From assembly GCF_009914755.1 (NCBI RefSeq), contig NC_060947.1: a DNA stretch of 64,000 bases, one strand, 5' to 3'. The stretch's first letter is position 1. Every line of letters begins with the position of its first letter. Origin of the DNA: the human T2T-CHM13v2.0 reference genome, Homo sapiens. Made by a program: the position numbers and the translations under genes. This document shows positions 1 through 17,060 of this stretch, piece by piece. Below the pieces are notes generated by a model that had not been told where the DNA came from, did no database searches, and saw only the letters and a program-made list of their open reading frames with translations.

Positions 1-235
<235 letters not shown>

Positions 236-544
236 CTAAAACTGACCCTACACAATTATAAAAACACCACAACGGAAAAACTGGCCCCATTCCTTGGCAG
301 TTCCACTTCAACTCCCAACGGTTTGGCGTATAGCAGTAGTTCAGTCTTCTTCCTATAAACAAACAACGTTATGTATGTGTAGTTTTACCTAATCCAAGCA
401 TATATTATTTTTTTAGAAAGTTATACATGTATATATATATGTATACTTTTATAATTAACTTTTTATTACTTAACAACTTCAATCTTATTTTCATGACAAC
501 TCATATAGATTCTTGTTAAAAGTGCCTGTGACTGTGTTGTATAA

Positions 545-820
<276 letters not shown>

Positions 821-1121
821 TGAGGTTTCCCATTACTTCACATCCTTGCTAATATTTTGTGCTGGCAGTCTTTTTGATTTTAGCCATTCTAGAGGGTATG
901 AAATGGCATTTCACTGCAGTTTTAGTTTGCATTTACCTGATAATTAATAATGCTGATGAGCTTTTCATGTGTTTATTGTCCCTTCATAGGTCTTCGTTTT
1001 TAAAGTGTCTGTTCAAGTATTTTGTCTATTTTTCTATTAAGTTTCTGTATTTTGTTCTTTGTCAGTTATATGTATTGTGAATATTTTTTTCCCAGTTTGT
1101 GGCTTGACTGTTCATTTTCTT

Positions 1122-1730
1122 TTTTCTTTTTCTTTTTTTTTTAACTTTTGTTTTAGGTTCATGTGTATTTGTACAGGTTTGTTATATAGGTAAACTCGTG
1201 TCACAACGGTTTGTTATATAGATTGTTTCATCATCCAGGTACTAAGCCTAGTACCCATTAGTTATTTTTTCTGATCCTCTCCCTCCTCCCAGCCTCCACC
1301 CTCAAGTAGACCCCAGTGTGTGTTGTTCCCCTCTATGTGTCCATGTGTTCTCATAATTTAGCTCCCACTTAAAGTGAGAATATGCAATATTTGATTTTCT
1401 GTTCCTGCATTAGTTTGCTAAGGATAATGGCCTCCCACTCCTTACATGTTCCTGCAAAGTACGTGATCTCATTCTTTTTTATGGCTGCATAATATTCCAT
1501 GACTTATATGTACCACATTTTCTTTAGCCAATCTACCATTGATGGGCACTCAGGTTGATTCCGTGTCTTTGCTATTGTGAATAGTGCTGCAATGAACATT
1601 CATGTGCATGTGTCTTTATGGTAGGATGATTTATATTCCTTTGGATATTTACCCAGGAATGGGATTGCTCAGTGGAATGGTGGGTCTATTTTTAGCTCTT
1701 TGAAGAATTGCTACACTGTTTTCCACAATG
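1122..1730 (-). mobile_element. L1PA13-16-like 3' end, 5'-truncated
   Basis: Poly-T, then GGTAAACTCGTGTC...TAAGCCTAGTACCCATTAGTTATTTTTTCTGATCC; flanked by TSD GACT(G/A)TTCATTTTCTT. Confidence 0.85.
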
Positions 1731-2015
1731 ACTGGACTATTCATTTTCTTAATGGTGTCATTTGATGAGGAGAAATGTTAAATTTTAATTGTTTCATTTA
1801 TCAATTTTTTCTTTTAAGGTTAGTGCTTTCTGGGTCTTATCTAAGAAACCATTGCCTATCCCATGTCATGAAGATAATTGCCTATGTATTATTTTAGAAG
1901 CTTTAGAGTTTCAGCTTTTGCCTTTAGGCATATGATGCATCTAAAAGTAATTTTTAATTAAGTGGTGAGATAGGGGGTCAAAGTTCCTTTTTCTTACATA
2001 AGAATATCTAGCTGT

Positions 2016-2362
2016 GGCTAGGTGTGGTGGCTCACGCCTGTAATCCTAGCACTTTGGGAGGCTGAGGCAGGTGGATCCCCTGAGGTCAGGAGTTCGAGAC
2101 CAGCTTGGACAACATGGTGAAACCCCGTCTCTACTAAAAATACAAAAAAAATTAGCCAGGCATGCTGGCAGGCACCTGTAATCTCAGCTACTTGGGAGGC
2201 TGAGCCAGGAGAATAGCTTGAACCTGAGAGGCAGAGGTTGCAGTGAGCTGAGATCACGCCATTGCGCCCTCCAGCCTGGGCAACAAGAGTGAAAGTGTGT
2301 CTCAAAAAAAAAAAAAAAAAGAAAAAGAAAAAAAGAAAAAGAAAAGAAAAAAGAAAAAGAAA
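2016..2362 (+). mobile_element. AluS (Sq/Sp-like)
   Basis: Full dimer with a long GAAAA tail; TSD AAGAATATCTAG(C/T)TGT. Confidence 0.92.
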
Positions 2363-2379
2363 AAGAATATCTAGTTGTT

Positions 2380-2757
<378 letters not shown>

Positions 2758-5700
2758 TTAACAGGCAGTACCTGTATAGGGTTATCACTGGACTCTCTAT
2801 CCTGTTCCATCAATCTATTTGCCTGTCTTTATGTCAGTACCACACAGTAGCTTTAGAGTAAGTGTTGAATACAGGCAGTGTGAATCACCCAAAGTTTTTC
2901 TTTTTCAAGTTTGTTTTGTTTAGGTCTTTTGCATTTTCAAATAAATTTAGAATAAGCTTGTCAATTTCTATAAAAGAAATTGACTGGGATTATAAATGGG
3001 ACTGCATGAAATCCAGAGATCAATTTAAGAGTTTGGCATCTTAACAGTATTGATTCTTCCAACCCATCAACATGATATATCTCTCCATTTATTTAGGCCT
3101 TCTTTAATTTCTTTCAGCAATATATTCTATTTTTCAGCCTAGAGATCTTGAACTGCTCTCATTATACTTTTTCTGAGTGTTTGAAATTTTTTTAATTTTA
3201 TAAATAATAATGTGTTTCAAATTTTCTTTTCCCAGTTTTTCATTGCCAATATACAATTCGTTTTGTACATCAACCTTTTATCTCATAACCTTGCTTAATT
3301 TGCTTATTAGTTCTAGTATTTCTTTTGTAGATTCCTTAGCTTTTTTCTATACACAATTATGTTATTTGAAGAAAAAGTTTTACTTCTTTTTTTTCCAATT
3401 TCTATATCTTTTATTTCTTTTTCTTGCTTTATTGCACTGGCTAGAACCTCCAGTATGATGTTGAATAAAAGTGATGAGAATGGACATCCTTGCTCTGTTA
3501 CTAATTTCTAAAAGAATATTCTGGCTGCTGTGTAAAAAAAAAATGGTCAGTGAACAAGTAAAGGCTAAAGATATAAATTTGTGATTCATGAATATATAGA
3601 TAGTATTTAAAACATGAGCCCTGATGAATAACAACATTTAAAGATTGGGAAATAACTTAAAATAAAAATAAACTGATAGCAGAACTGGAAAAATGAAAAA
3701 GATGCTGCCAGGAGGCCAGAAATAATAACAGATAATATTTATTGAATGTTTACTATTTACCATGACCTATTCTAAGCACTTTTCATATATTATCTTATTT
3801 ACACTTTGCATGAGTAGAGGAAATAGGGAAGTAAAAGACACTGCAGGAGAAGCTTGAGGATGTGTGATATCACAGAAACAAACTAACCAAAAAGATTGTC
3901 CTAAGAATGAGAGAATGACTGACTTTAGAATATCACTGAGAAGCTAAATAAGGACAGAAGAATGTTCCTTGGACTTGCCAACATTGAAGCAAGAGCTTCA
4001 ATAAAGTGGAGAGTCTGGAAGATGGGTTGGAGTGGGTTGAAGAGTGGATGGGAGGTGAAGAGGAAGAGGCAGTATGAGTAGATAATTCTTTGGAGAAGTT
4101 GGGCTAAGAAGGGAGCAGGAAAAAGTATCAGATGGAGAGGGCTGTGGGGTCAAGGGAGGAATGTTCGTGCCCCTAGTGTACCAGCCACACTATCCTTGTC
4201 CAGCTCTCCCACACTTGCCTTTGCCCACACTTTTCTTTCCATATGCCAAGTTCTAACTCCATCCTTCTCCATCTGGCAAACTCTTTTCTTCTAAGACCCA
4301 TCTCAAGTACCCCTTCCTCTGTGAAGACTTCACTAGCAATCAGGGTAAAGTGAACCACTTCCTCCATCATGCCCCTAGGTATCATGTACACACTTCTATT
4401 AGAGCACTCAGCACATTGATTTTAATGTAATTGTTTTATTTGCTGTGTGTCTCCCCTACTCTACTATGGCTTCCTCGAGGACCATGGGCAGATTTTACCC
4501 ATTTTTGTTCATTCCCTTGTTAAAAATCCTCCACTGGAAATGGGTAACTGGCAATACAGGTGTGTTCAGGTTGTAAAAATTCATCAAGCTCTACACTTAC
4601 ATTCAACACAAAGGTCTTTTTTTAATGTACAAAAAATAAGTAATGTAAAAACTCTTTCCCTATCCCATTTATTTCAGGTTAAAATCCAATTACTGAGTAC
4701 CTACTATGTTTCCAGCACTGTGCTAGGTTCTTAGATAATCCAAGCAGGCACCTTTGGCCTTCCTGTCCCTTTCCAGCCCTTGGTCTGTGCTGGCTGGAGT
4801 CTGAAGAAATCATAAACATGTTCTGCCCCAAGATAATTGGTTCCAGGATGGTCAGATCCTTGCTTGGCTCTGTAGGATACTTCACAAGGAGCTTGAAAAT
4901 GCTGGATAAACAAAGGGGATGAATTTACAAATATTTTGGACTTCATGTTATCCTGTTAATATACTTCTGGAAAGTAGCAAAGTCTTTTGCAATAATACCT
5001 TAATATTTCACATTCTGCTTGTGAGCTGTTATCTATATATTAATATTCCTGTTGGGCCATATGTCATTAACCAACAACCAGCGAAGTTCTGAGAAACTGA
5101 TCTTTGAACCAATGTGATGGAATGTTCTACCTACTTTTTAAAGGCTCAAAATAAATTTTTCATATGTTTATCCAAAAAGTTAAAAAAGCAAACATCTTAT
5201 TTCTTCATTTTTAGTATTGGAGTTTATTACTTACACTTAATCTGTGTTTAGCAGTCTGAAATAGGGCCTTAAGAGTGTTTGAATTCCTGGACCTCTTTCA
5301 CATTTCTGGACTTCAATTGAGTGAGATGAAAACATTGCAACAGTGGCAATCTGTAAACAGGGAAAATCAACCCATATTTAGCAATTGAAATAGGAATATG
5401 ACTTGTGTAACATTCCAGTTTTGAAGTTTAGCTTTGGCTAAATTGTCTGACTTCAGCTAAATTGCTCAACTTTCCTGAGTCTTAGGATCTCCATCTTATA
5501 AGATGGAAATACTATAGTCTGTAAGATTAGCAATGAGAAATAATATACTAATAATTGTAGAGCTTTTTGCTAGGAGAAAGTATGATTACTCATATGAATT
5601 GCTTTATCTGAGGGAAAGATAATAATTCTGCCCTCCAATTACAGAACCTTCTGAGGTGTTCTCATGTAGAAGGCCTTAAGAAGACACAGGAACTTGTACA

Positions 5701-5876
5701 TTTAAAATGGGTGTTGATGGTGTATAAATATACTTCACAAAAGCTGCTTTTGAAAAAAGACATAGGTCCATTTGAGCACAATGTCTCCAATCTAATAGAA
5801 CCCACTAAAGAAACTTCTCTCAGGTTCTTATGCCAGGAAAAGCTGCACTCATCCTGAGCAAAACTATGGTTTATCT

Positions 5877-6201
5877 TTTTTAAATTTTATTATTTATTTA
5901 TTTATTAAATTTATTTATTTTGAGACGGAGTCTTGCTCTGTCGTCCAGGCTGGAGTGCAGCGGCACAATCTCAGCTCACTGCAACCTCCGCTCCTGGGTT
6001 CAAGCGATTCTCTTGCCTCAGCCTCCTGAGTAGCTGGGACTACAGGTGCGTGCCACCATGCCTGGCTAATTTTTTGTATTTTTAGTAGAGAGGGGGTTTC
6101 ACCATGTTACCCAGGCTGGCCTTGGTCTCCTAACCTCGTGATCCACCTGCCTCGGCCTCCCAAAGTGCTGGAATTACAGGCATGCGCCACCGCGCCCAGA
6201 C
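5877..6201 (-). mobile_element. AluS
   Basis: Full antisense dimer; TSD TGGTTTATCTT. Confidence 0.92.
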
Positions 6202-6789
6202 TGGTTTATCTTATATACAAGACAAACTTGATCTTGCTTCCTTCTTTCCTTTGCCCACCAGGAAGCCCAGAGGCAGGTTTGTAATTCACTTAAGGCATTC
6301 CAGCATACTGTTTTAATTTTACTTTTTGTTTCACTTAATTTTCCTTCCTACATTTTCCCTTGGTCATGAATTTTATCTATTGATTATTTTTTATCCTGTT
6401 ACATTACACAGGTTGGTGTAACCCACTTCATATCCTCTTTGGAAGGAGGCAGTATGTAACCAACCAAATCACTACCTTCGGTTACTTATTAATTAACAGG
6501 AAGGCAGTATGAACATAACAAATGCTACTCCATGTTGGAAACACCATTGCTGCTAACCATTTTAGAGAGAGTGAAGGGGGAATGGACTCAGGCTCCACTT
6601 GACTTACTAGGTTACTTGGCCATAACAATCTCCAAGAATAGGTGTGCAGATAATGACTGTATGTAAATATCCAATTAAATATCTTTGAAATTTATAAGGC
6701 CAAAGCTAATTTATTATGCTTTGAGACACTTATTTCTCATGGACACTCTGTACCCATCTGCCCAGCAAGAAAGAGACACTCTGGAACAG

Positions 6790-7460
6790 AAGGTCAAGCA
6801 ATAGGTGATGGTAGGCAACATTTCCATTTTCTCAGTGTACTTGGAATAAGAATTCCACTGCTCACCATGGGCTGGAAGACCCCAAAGAAGCTGACTGCTG
6901 TCTGTCTCTCCAACCTCCTGTCCTTCCACTCTCTCTCTTGTTCCACAGGCCACTATCGCCTCCTTTCTGGAAATGTCTGGCTTTTCCCCATCGTAGAGAC
7001 TTTAGATTCCTTTGTTCCTTCTGCTTGGAATGTTCTTTTTCCAGCTCTGGGTTCAGGCAATCCTTTCTCCATGAGGCCTCAGCTGACATAGCACCTCCTA
7101 GGAGAGGCCTCCTCTGACCACCCTTTGTTTCTTTCCTCATAACCCGCAATTAGATTATTTATTTGTCTGCTTGTTTTTACTCTGCCTCCTTCACTAGACT
7201 GAAACCTTCTAAGGGCAAGGCTATCTTATTCATATGAAGAATATTGAATCTCCATAGTGGTGCCTCCACAGGGACTCTTACCATCCCCTCCTGCTTATTT
7301 CCACTATAGCTCTAATCACAACCTGAAAGCTGCTTTCTTTGAGTTCTTGGTTATGGCCTGGCTCTCCCTACTAGACTGTGAGCTACATGAGGGCACGAAC
7401 CGGGTCTCCCTGGCTCACTTCTATATCCCCAGTACCCAGCCCAGACCCTGACACTGGATC
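6790..7460 (+). mobile_element. L2 3'-end fragments
   Basis: GTTCCTTCTGCTTGGAATG and CTAGACTGTGAGCTACATGAGGGCA...CCCAGTACCCAGC are L2 3' motifs. Confidence 0.65.
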
Positions 7461-8491
7461 GATGACAGAGCCTCAGCTTTTACATTTAGGGCAAGCACCA
7501 TGGTCACCTCTTCCTGAGTGAAATCACTTGCTTTTAACTGTTTGATCTAGAATTACGGTGGCACTGGCTGCTGGTTCCAAAGGAAGAAGAATGAAGGAGA
7601 AATGATCTTTCTATTCCTGTTATGCATGTAAATCATGGAGGATTTCAGCACAACTTTTGAATGGTATTGTAGGAATGCAGAAGTGCACAAGCAAATGTTT
7701 AGGCGACTGGAAAACTTTCTGTGTTACTTAGCAGCTGCAATATTGAGAAACATTTTTTATGCCTTGTGTGCACTGTGAAAAGGCAAATGGCCTCTCATTT
7801 TTGAGCATTCTCCAAACTCTTAGTTTAAAAAACTTTTTTCATATTTTAAAAGTATCAATGAAACCAAACCATATAACACAGGCTACATTGACTAGCTTAG
7901 AAATTCCAGTGGTTATCAGGAAATAACAGGGTTAACTGCTACAAGTTGGAGGAAAGTAGTAGAGTCCACAATTTTGAAGGAGTATTGTCAGAGGTGGAGC
8001 AGCTGCTGAGAGTTGTGGCAGAGTGGATCTGGCTGGGGATATTGAGAAATCAACGTGGGCCAGAGAGGAGGGAGATATGGGAACCAAATCGAGTCTCCAC
8101 CTTGCATCCTATTTCTCCTAATATGATTCATGCCTTCCTCCCCTGCATCTGGCTTCTTGCCTTGGTAGCTTGTCTTTATGCAGTTAACAGATAGGTTTTT
8201 ATTTTATGGATATGATATCGTGCCATACTAATGTAATAAGACCTAAGCTTAAATGTCTAGGGAGTGTAACCACTACACATGGATGAATTCATTTTGTCTA
8301 TTATCAGCCTAGCAATTGCTGAGCTGATGGGGTTTATTGTAAAAATCTTGACTTGCTTATGTCCTTTACCAGCAGAACATCTGCTTGCAAGTTCAAACTT
8401 CAGAGTTCCAAGAGGATTCAGGAAGTGGGTTTGCAGCCTAAATATACATTCAGTTGTTTTCAGTTAGAGGGTAACCAACATCTCTTTCTTA

Positions 8492-8813
<322 letters not shown>

Positions 8814-9640
8814 TAATATTTCAATGCAGAAGCCCCTTAACACTACTTATAGACAGTTGTACAACTTGACATGTTACTTCTCAGGCACTTAGCCTCTTGA
8901 AGTATCCATTTATCTAATTCCACCTAAGCCTGTGGTGATTTTGTACAAAACTGTGCTAAAACACCTTGCATGAAAAATACTCAGATCATGGTTTTTCAAT
9001 TATGAATTGGATTGGGGCCTGTTTGCTAAAGATAACGAGAATGGAATCTTGGAAACACTAAACACTTAGGTCCAAATAAAACAAGCCCTCCCTACTATCC
9101 CCTCCAACCACATACTTGAGAATCTGCACATCAGCATTACAGATTTTATCTGTGCTCCTCAGGAAACTATCACCACGCTTCCCAAGAGATGAAGCGGGTC
9201 CCCCTCCCTATTCTGTCTTGTTTGGGGAAAGTGGAGACAAGAGTGGCATGGCTATTATTTTGTTGCCATATAAGGAAGCATTCTTTTTATTAATAAGCAT
9301 CACTTTAGGAATAAAAAAAAATGCAATTTAGCCTTGTAGAAACATGTCAAGATTTATTCATTCATTCACTCAACAAATATTTGTCCAACTTCTATAGGTA
9401 TGAGGCACTGTGCTAGATGCTGGGGATATAGCAGTGAACAAAATAGACAAGGTCTCTAAGAGATTACATTCTAATGAGACTCTTAACAGAAAAGGGTCTT
9501 TGTGGATCGTTCAGACCCTTATTATCTCGTCAGGACTGTAACACTATCCTTCTAGTTATTTTTCTACTCTCTCCTGGTCAACCTTGGCAACACATTCAGT
9601 TAGATTTTTTTAATAATTGCATAATTTAAAATATGTATTA

Positions 9641-10082
<442 letters not shown>

Positions 10083-10259
10083 CTAGCTGTTTCTTAATCG
10101 TAATTATGGCCACATTCCTTTACAGTATGATTTTATTGCTGTTTCTAGATTCATCCATTTCAGACACCATCTATTGATTTCTTGTTATGCTAGAAGAGCA
10201 CTAGAGAGATGAAGATCTACCAATTTTACACTATATAGTTGTACTGTGTTGTAAAATAA

Positions 10260-10573
<314 letters not shown>

Positions 10574-10712
10574 CTTTTCTTGTCACATATATTTTTTTCC
10601 TGGAACCTCTAATTACCTTTAGTTTTGTTTTGTTTATCTATCATTCACTTATCGTAAATTCTTTATAGCTTCTCCATATTCTATCGAGTCCCCCTTTGCT
10701 TCTTCAGACATG

Positions 10713-11018
<306 letters not shown>

Positions 11019-12224
11019 CCAGACATGACCTTTCTAGGGCCTAGCATCTTCCTATGCCAATCTCGACTACTTGCTCTCTAGGTCTGTTGCACATGCACAC
11101 TTGCCATCCTGATCCTGTCCCATGCCACTCTCCAAGGTTGGGTCCAGTTTCCTGAACCCCAACTGTTCTCTAGACTTGTTTTATTCCCTTGTTTTGCTAC
11201 AACATATCCTCCAGTAGTCTCTAAGTAGGATGCACAAGAGAGAAAGTTTATGGTCTCTTGCATTCGTGAAAAAGGTCTTTAACCTCACACTTGATGAGTA
11301 TTGTAGCTGGGAATGGAATTCTGGGTTGAAGGTGATTTCTCTCACATTTTTATAGCATTGCTCAGTTATCTTGTAGCATCTAGCATTGCTCTTGAGAAGC
11401 TTGATACTGTTCGGATTCTCCTTTGTATGTTGTGTGACTGATTCTTTGGAGGGTTTTAAGATCTTCTCTCAATCCCTGTTGTGTTGGCATTTCAGCCTCT
11501 TCTGTGCCTGGTGTCTTCAAGTCATGAGCCTCTCAAATTCACGTGCTCAGATATCTCGTTTGAGGAGATGTATAGTGAGCACCATGTGATTCAGGGCGAG
11601 GGTGAGAGTGAAGGTAGGGTAGGGGATGAGGGTGTTGTCTAAAGCACAGCTCTGCTCATGTAACTCCTCTGCTCAGAAGCCTTCCTATTTATCTCTTGCC
11701 TAGTGAGATAAGTCCAAACTTTTTACGCCCTCTAGGATACGGCCTAACCTACCTGCACTGCTTTAGGGGGTTACTACACTTCAGTTATTACCTCCGGGCC
11801 AACTAGGGTACTTGACACTTCCTAAACACAATAGGTGCATCTCACTTCCATTGCTCTTCCTGTGCATTGCCACACCATCCTGCCCTAACCACCTCACGCA
11901 GCTGGAATTGCCTTTCTCATTGACCTGTACCTGTCAAAGTCCCGCTACCCTCCAAAGCCCCAAAAGGTACTTCCTCCATTAAGAATTGACTTTATTCTCA
12001 TCATAACTTTTGGTGCCTCCTTGGGCTCAGTCTTGGCTTTCTTCCATGTGTTCTAGTTATTGATACACAGAACCGTACTATAAACTCTGAGACAGTAGTG
12101 ATATAAAATTTTGTTTTGGCTCCAATGGCACCTAGCACAGTGCATGGCATATAGTAGGTACTCTACCAATGCCTGTGAAATAAATACATCTTACATTTCT
12201 GTAAGTGTGGAAGAATACCATCAC

Positions 12225-13495
12225 ATTTTAACAGCTTTATTGAGATATCATTCAAATACCGGACAATTCACCCATTTAAAAGGTACAGTTAGGCCAGGAG
12301 TGGCGGCTCATGCCTGACACCCTGAACTTTGGGAGGCCAAGGTGGGGAATCACTTGAGCCCAGGAGATCAAGACTATCCTGGGCAACATAGTGAGACTCC
12401 ATCTCTACAAAAATCAACAAAATTAGCCAGGCATGGTGGTACACACCTGTGGTGGCCCCAGCTACAAGGGAGGCTGAGGTGGGAGGATTGCTTGAGCTGA
12501 GGAGTTTGAAGCTGCAGTGAATTATGATCATGCTACTGTACTCCAATCTGGGTGACAGAGTGAGACTCCTCAATAAATAAATAAATAAATAACATACAGT
12601 TCAATGGTTTTTAGTATTCATAGAATTGTGCAACCATCACCAAAATCAATTTTGAACATTTCCATCACCCCAAAAGAAACTCTGTAGCCATTAGTAGGCA
12701 TTCCCTATTTCCTACCAACTCTCTAGCCCTAGGTAAACAATAATCTATCTTCTGTATCTACAAATTAGCTTACCTAGTTATTTCACATAAATGGAACCAT
12801 AAATATGTAAGTTTTTAACGACTGGCTTCTTTCGCTTAGCATAATGTTTTCAAGGTTCACCCATGTTGTAGCTTGTATCAGTACTTCATTCCTTTTGCAC
12901 TTGGAGATCCAGGTATCCCAGAATTTGTTGAAGAGGCTATTCTTTCTTTCCGCATTGAATGGACTTGGCATCCATGTTGAAATCAGTTGATCATAGACTT
13001 ATTGGTTCATTTTTTGACTCTTAATTCTATTCCATTGTTCTATATGTCTATCCTTATTCCAATAGCACACTGTTTTGATTACTGTAGCTTTGTGGTAAGT
13101 TTTGATATTTGGAAGTATGAGTTCTCCAACTTCATTTTTCTTTTTCAATATTGTTTTGGCCATTCAGGGCCCCTCGTAATTCCAAATGAATTTGAGGATT
13201 GGCTTTGCCATTTCTGCAAAAACTGCTATTGGAATTTTGATAGGGATTGTATTAAATTATGAATCAGCTTGGGGAATATTGGCATCTTAACAATATTAAA
13301 TCTTTTGCACCATGAACATGGAACATGTTTCCATTTATTTAGGTCTTCTTTAGTTTCTTTGCATGATGTTTTGTACTTTTCAGAATAGAAGTTTTGCATC
13401 TCTTTTGTTAAATTTATTTCTAAGTAATTTACTCTTTTTGATACTATTGTAAACTGAAGTGTTTTCTTAATTTTATTTTCAGATTGTTACTATAA
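12225..13495 (-). mobile_element. L1M (L1MB-like) fragment with an internal deletion and an inserted AluJ
   Basis: TTTTAACAGCTTTATTGAGATA...CACCCATTTAAA is an L1MB 3' motif; the sequence jumps to ORF2-derived sequence near 12895. Confidence 0.8.
12292..12590 (+). mobile_element. AluJ
   Basis: Dimer with a (TAAA)n tail; TSD TACAGTT. Confidence 0.9.
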
Positions 13496-14739
13496 CATTT
13501 TGAATAAGATACAAAAAATCACCATGATCAATCAAAGTTTAAAATCAAAGGTTGTTAATATATATTTTTAGGTTGTTGTTTCAGGGCTTCCTGTGTTTTA
13601 CAATGTCCAGCACAGTAACAAGGCTTTAAAAAATTATCACATTAGTATGTTTTGGTAATGTGGAAACAATTGACCTCACTAATGGATTTAAGATTATCAT
13701 AAAAATTCTAAGCCAATACTATCATATCTGAGAAAAGTTAATGTGAAACTGTTTACTTTGGTTGTTCCAGAAACCTGTCTTCTAATAGTTAAAGTATTTA
13801 ATATGCTCCTTGGGTGACTGGCTATTTCCATAATTATAGTTCTTTCTCTAAAAAACGTGGAAAATTCTTGGGTGTTGGCATTAAATGTCTTGTTTTCTTT
13901 AATGAACTGAAAATCAGATCCAATCAGATTAAAATTTTCTCAAGGACCAAGATCTGGACTCTGCAGTTAATGTTCTGGATGAGTTTTGTTTTTTGCAGTA
14001 GACATAAATTCACACCAACTCCTCACCTAGAGAAGTCAGTCCCTCCGTTTCTCTATTTTTCCCTTAAGACATCACACTTAGCATAGTCCTCTCTCTTTGA
14101 ATTGCTGGTTCTCCTTGCTTTATGCCTAATTAAATAATAAACAACTTTATCAAAATATCTAGTATGTTATTGGCCAGAAATCAAGTATACAGTGAACATT
14201 TATTTTACTTGAAACAATATTTTTTATCTTAAAAAAGGTTTTTATGCTAGTCAGGGTTTTAGAATGTTTACCCAGATGTTGTGTCAACTTTTAAAAAGAA
14301 ATTTCATAGACGGGAGGCATTTGAGAAGTTGGAAAGGACCTTAGAAATCCAGCACAGGGGTCTGTGAGCCAAGTTCAGCCTGTAGGCATGTTTTACTTGG
14401 CCCTGGTGGTATTTTAAAACTATTTAAATTAGTTGCCAACATTTACAAGTCATAAAAATCTGGATTTCTGCCTTTTCTTGAAAAAGTGGGTAAACCTGGC
14501 CATCTCAGGGCTACACTGCAGCATGGCACATACTGGGTGCATATGCACTCCATCCAGTTTCTCAGGGTCCTCCTGTAGGCTCACTTCCATCAGTTGCATG
14601 ACCTGCTGACCCTGGGGGAGGCCCCTTTGCATCTGTGACTCCTGAGCTAACGTAATCCCCTTCTGAGGTTTTGAGACTGAGGTTTGGAAAAATCATTACT
14701 GCCCAAAGCTAGTCAACAGCTAATCAGTTGTCAATTTCT

Positions 14740-14760
14740 TTTCTTTTCTTTTTTTAATAT

Positions 14761-14795
<35 letters not shown>

Positions 14796-15127
14796 TTAAT
14801 TATGTATTTATTTATTCATTCATTTATTCATTTATTTTGAGATAGGGTCTCACTCTGTTGCCCAGGCTGGAGTGCAGTGGTGCTGTTACAGCTCATTGCA
14901 GCCTCGACCTCCCCAGGCTCTGGTGATCCTCCCACTTCAGCCTCCTGAGTAGCTGGGACTACAGGCATGTGCCACTATGCCTGGCTAATTTGTGTGTGTG
15001 TGTGTGTGGCGAAAGGGTTTCGTTTCTCCCTGTTACCCAGGCTGGTTGCAAACTCCTGGGCTCAAGCCATCCATCTGCCTCAGCCTCTCAGTGCTGGGAA
15101 TATAGGCATAAGCCACCTTGCCCGGCC
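14740..15127 (-). mobile_element. AluJ with a long (TTTA)n tail and a (TG)n linker
   Basis: TSD AGTTGTCAATTTCTT. Confidence 0.9.
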
Positions 15128-16242
15128 TAGTTGTCAATTTCTTAATAATGCCAAGAGTATTATTTATAAAACAGATAAAGTTAGAGGAGGGCTAATTATT
15201 CTACATTTTCAAAGGACTTTCTTGCTTGAATGGCATCCCCATTGATGTAGTTAGGCTTTTAAAATATAATGAACTGACGGAGGATCCAGGGAAGAGCCAC
15301 AGCAAATCAGAGTGATTATACCTAAAAACAATAAAATGTGTTCTGAATCATCATCGTTTCAATCTATCTCCCAGTTTATATCTGACCTCCTCTTTAAAAT
15401 TTTCTTTCTTGTCTTTCTTTTGTTTCTCTCCTCTTCTTCCAAACCCTATGATTTATTTATGTATCTGGGTCACAACTAAGTTAGTCCTTAATCATCTGTT
15501 CATTCATTAAATATTTATTTCAACACTTACTAGCTGCCAGGTGCTGTTCTGGTCACTTGGGATAGCACAGTGAACAAAAGGGACAAAAATTCCTTGCGCC
15601 ACTTACATGCTAGTGGGAGAATGAGATGATAAGTAAACAAAGAAGATCATTTCTGATAGTTATAGGCACTCCGAAGGTGTAAAAACAGGACAATGTGACA
15701 GCTGGGGTTGGGGTCTATGAAGCCAGCCATATCAAAGTGTGGGGAAGAGTGATGTAGGCTGAGAGGAAAACAAGCACAATGGCCCTGAAATGGAAACAAG
15801 CTTCGTGTGTTCAATGAAGGGACAGGCTAATTGGTAGGAGCTGAGATGGGGGAGGGGGGCAAGGGACAGGCATGCAGGGCCTTGCAGGCCATGGACATAG
15901 GTTTAGATTTTATTCCGCATTAGGAGCCCTTGGAGGGGTTTCCTTTATATTGGCCATGACTTATACAGTTGTCTCGCTCTTGATATCCATGGGAGATTGG
16001 TTCCAGGACCACTCACTGGTGAACACCAAAATCCACAGGTATAATCCCTGATAGAAAATGTTGCAGTATTCACATATCACCTATGCACATCCTGCCGTAT
16101 ACTTTAAATCATCTCTAGATTACTTATCACACTTATTACAATGCAAATGTTATGTAAAAGGTTATTATATTGCATTTTTAAATTTTGTATTTTTTTTGTT
16201 GTATTATTATCTTTTACTGTGAGGTTTTTAAAGAATTTTTCT

Positions 16243-17060
16243 GCCAGATGTGCTGGCTCACATCTGTAATCCCAGCACTTTGGGAGGCTGAGGCAGGCAG
16301 ATTGCTTGAGCTCAGGACTTCGAAAGCAGCCTGGGCAACACAGGGAACCCCCCCCCTTACAAAAAATACAAAAATTAGCCAGGAGTGGTGGCACCTGCCT
16401 GTGGTCCCAGTTACTCACGAAGCTGAGGTGGGAGTGCAGCAGGAGAATAGGGTCTGGAGGCAGGAAACCTAGGGCTGTTTCACGCCAACTTCCTAGAACT
16501 AAATTGAAAAGAAAACCCTAACTTTCCATGCCTAAGTAACAAAAGGACCAGAAGTGACTCCCTTTGCAAACCCTCACCTTTTCCGCATGGGCAGAAGAGA
16601 AATTTAAAGTATCTCTGATTGGTTGCTTTTTGCAACCAATCAGACGTTTGTACAGGAATGTGACCTTTGTAACTTCACTTCTGATCACAGGCTTACATGA
16701 GGTGAGCACCAAGTGGCCAATGGGAAACCTCTAGGGGGTATTCGAACCCAAGAAGATTCTGTATCTGGACCCTTGAGCCACTGCTTGGCTGGCTCCCACA
16801 CTGTGGAGTGTACTTCCATTTTCAATAAATCCCTACTTTCATTCTTTTGTTGCTTCATTTTTTCCTTGCTTTGCTGTGCGTTTTGTCCAATTCTTTGTTC
16901 AAAATGCCAAGAACCTGGACAACTTGTGGTCAAGACCCTCTACCACTAACAGGAGGATCACTTGAGTCTGGGTGGAGGTTGCAGTGAGCTAAGATCATGC
17001 CACTGCACTCCAGCCTGGGCGACAGAGCAAGACCCTGTCTTAAAAAAAAAAAAAAAAGAA
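16243..17060 (+). mobile_element. AluJ split by an ERV1 LTR
   Basis: Left part stops at GAGGTGGGAG (16434) and resumes at GGAGGATCACTTGAG (16952). Confidence 0.88.
16435..16951 (+). mobile_element. ERV1 solo LTR, MER51-like
   Basis: TG...CA ends, 4-bp TSD GGAG, start CAGGAGAATAGGGTCTGGAGGCAGG, CCAAT boxes and AATAAA. Confidence 0.8.
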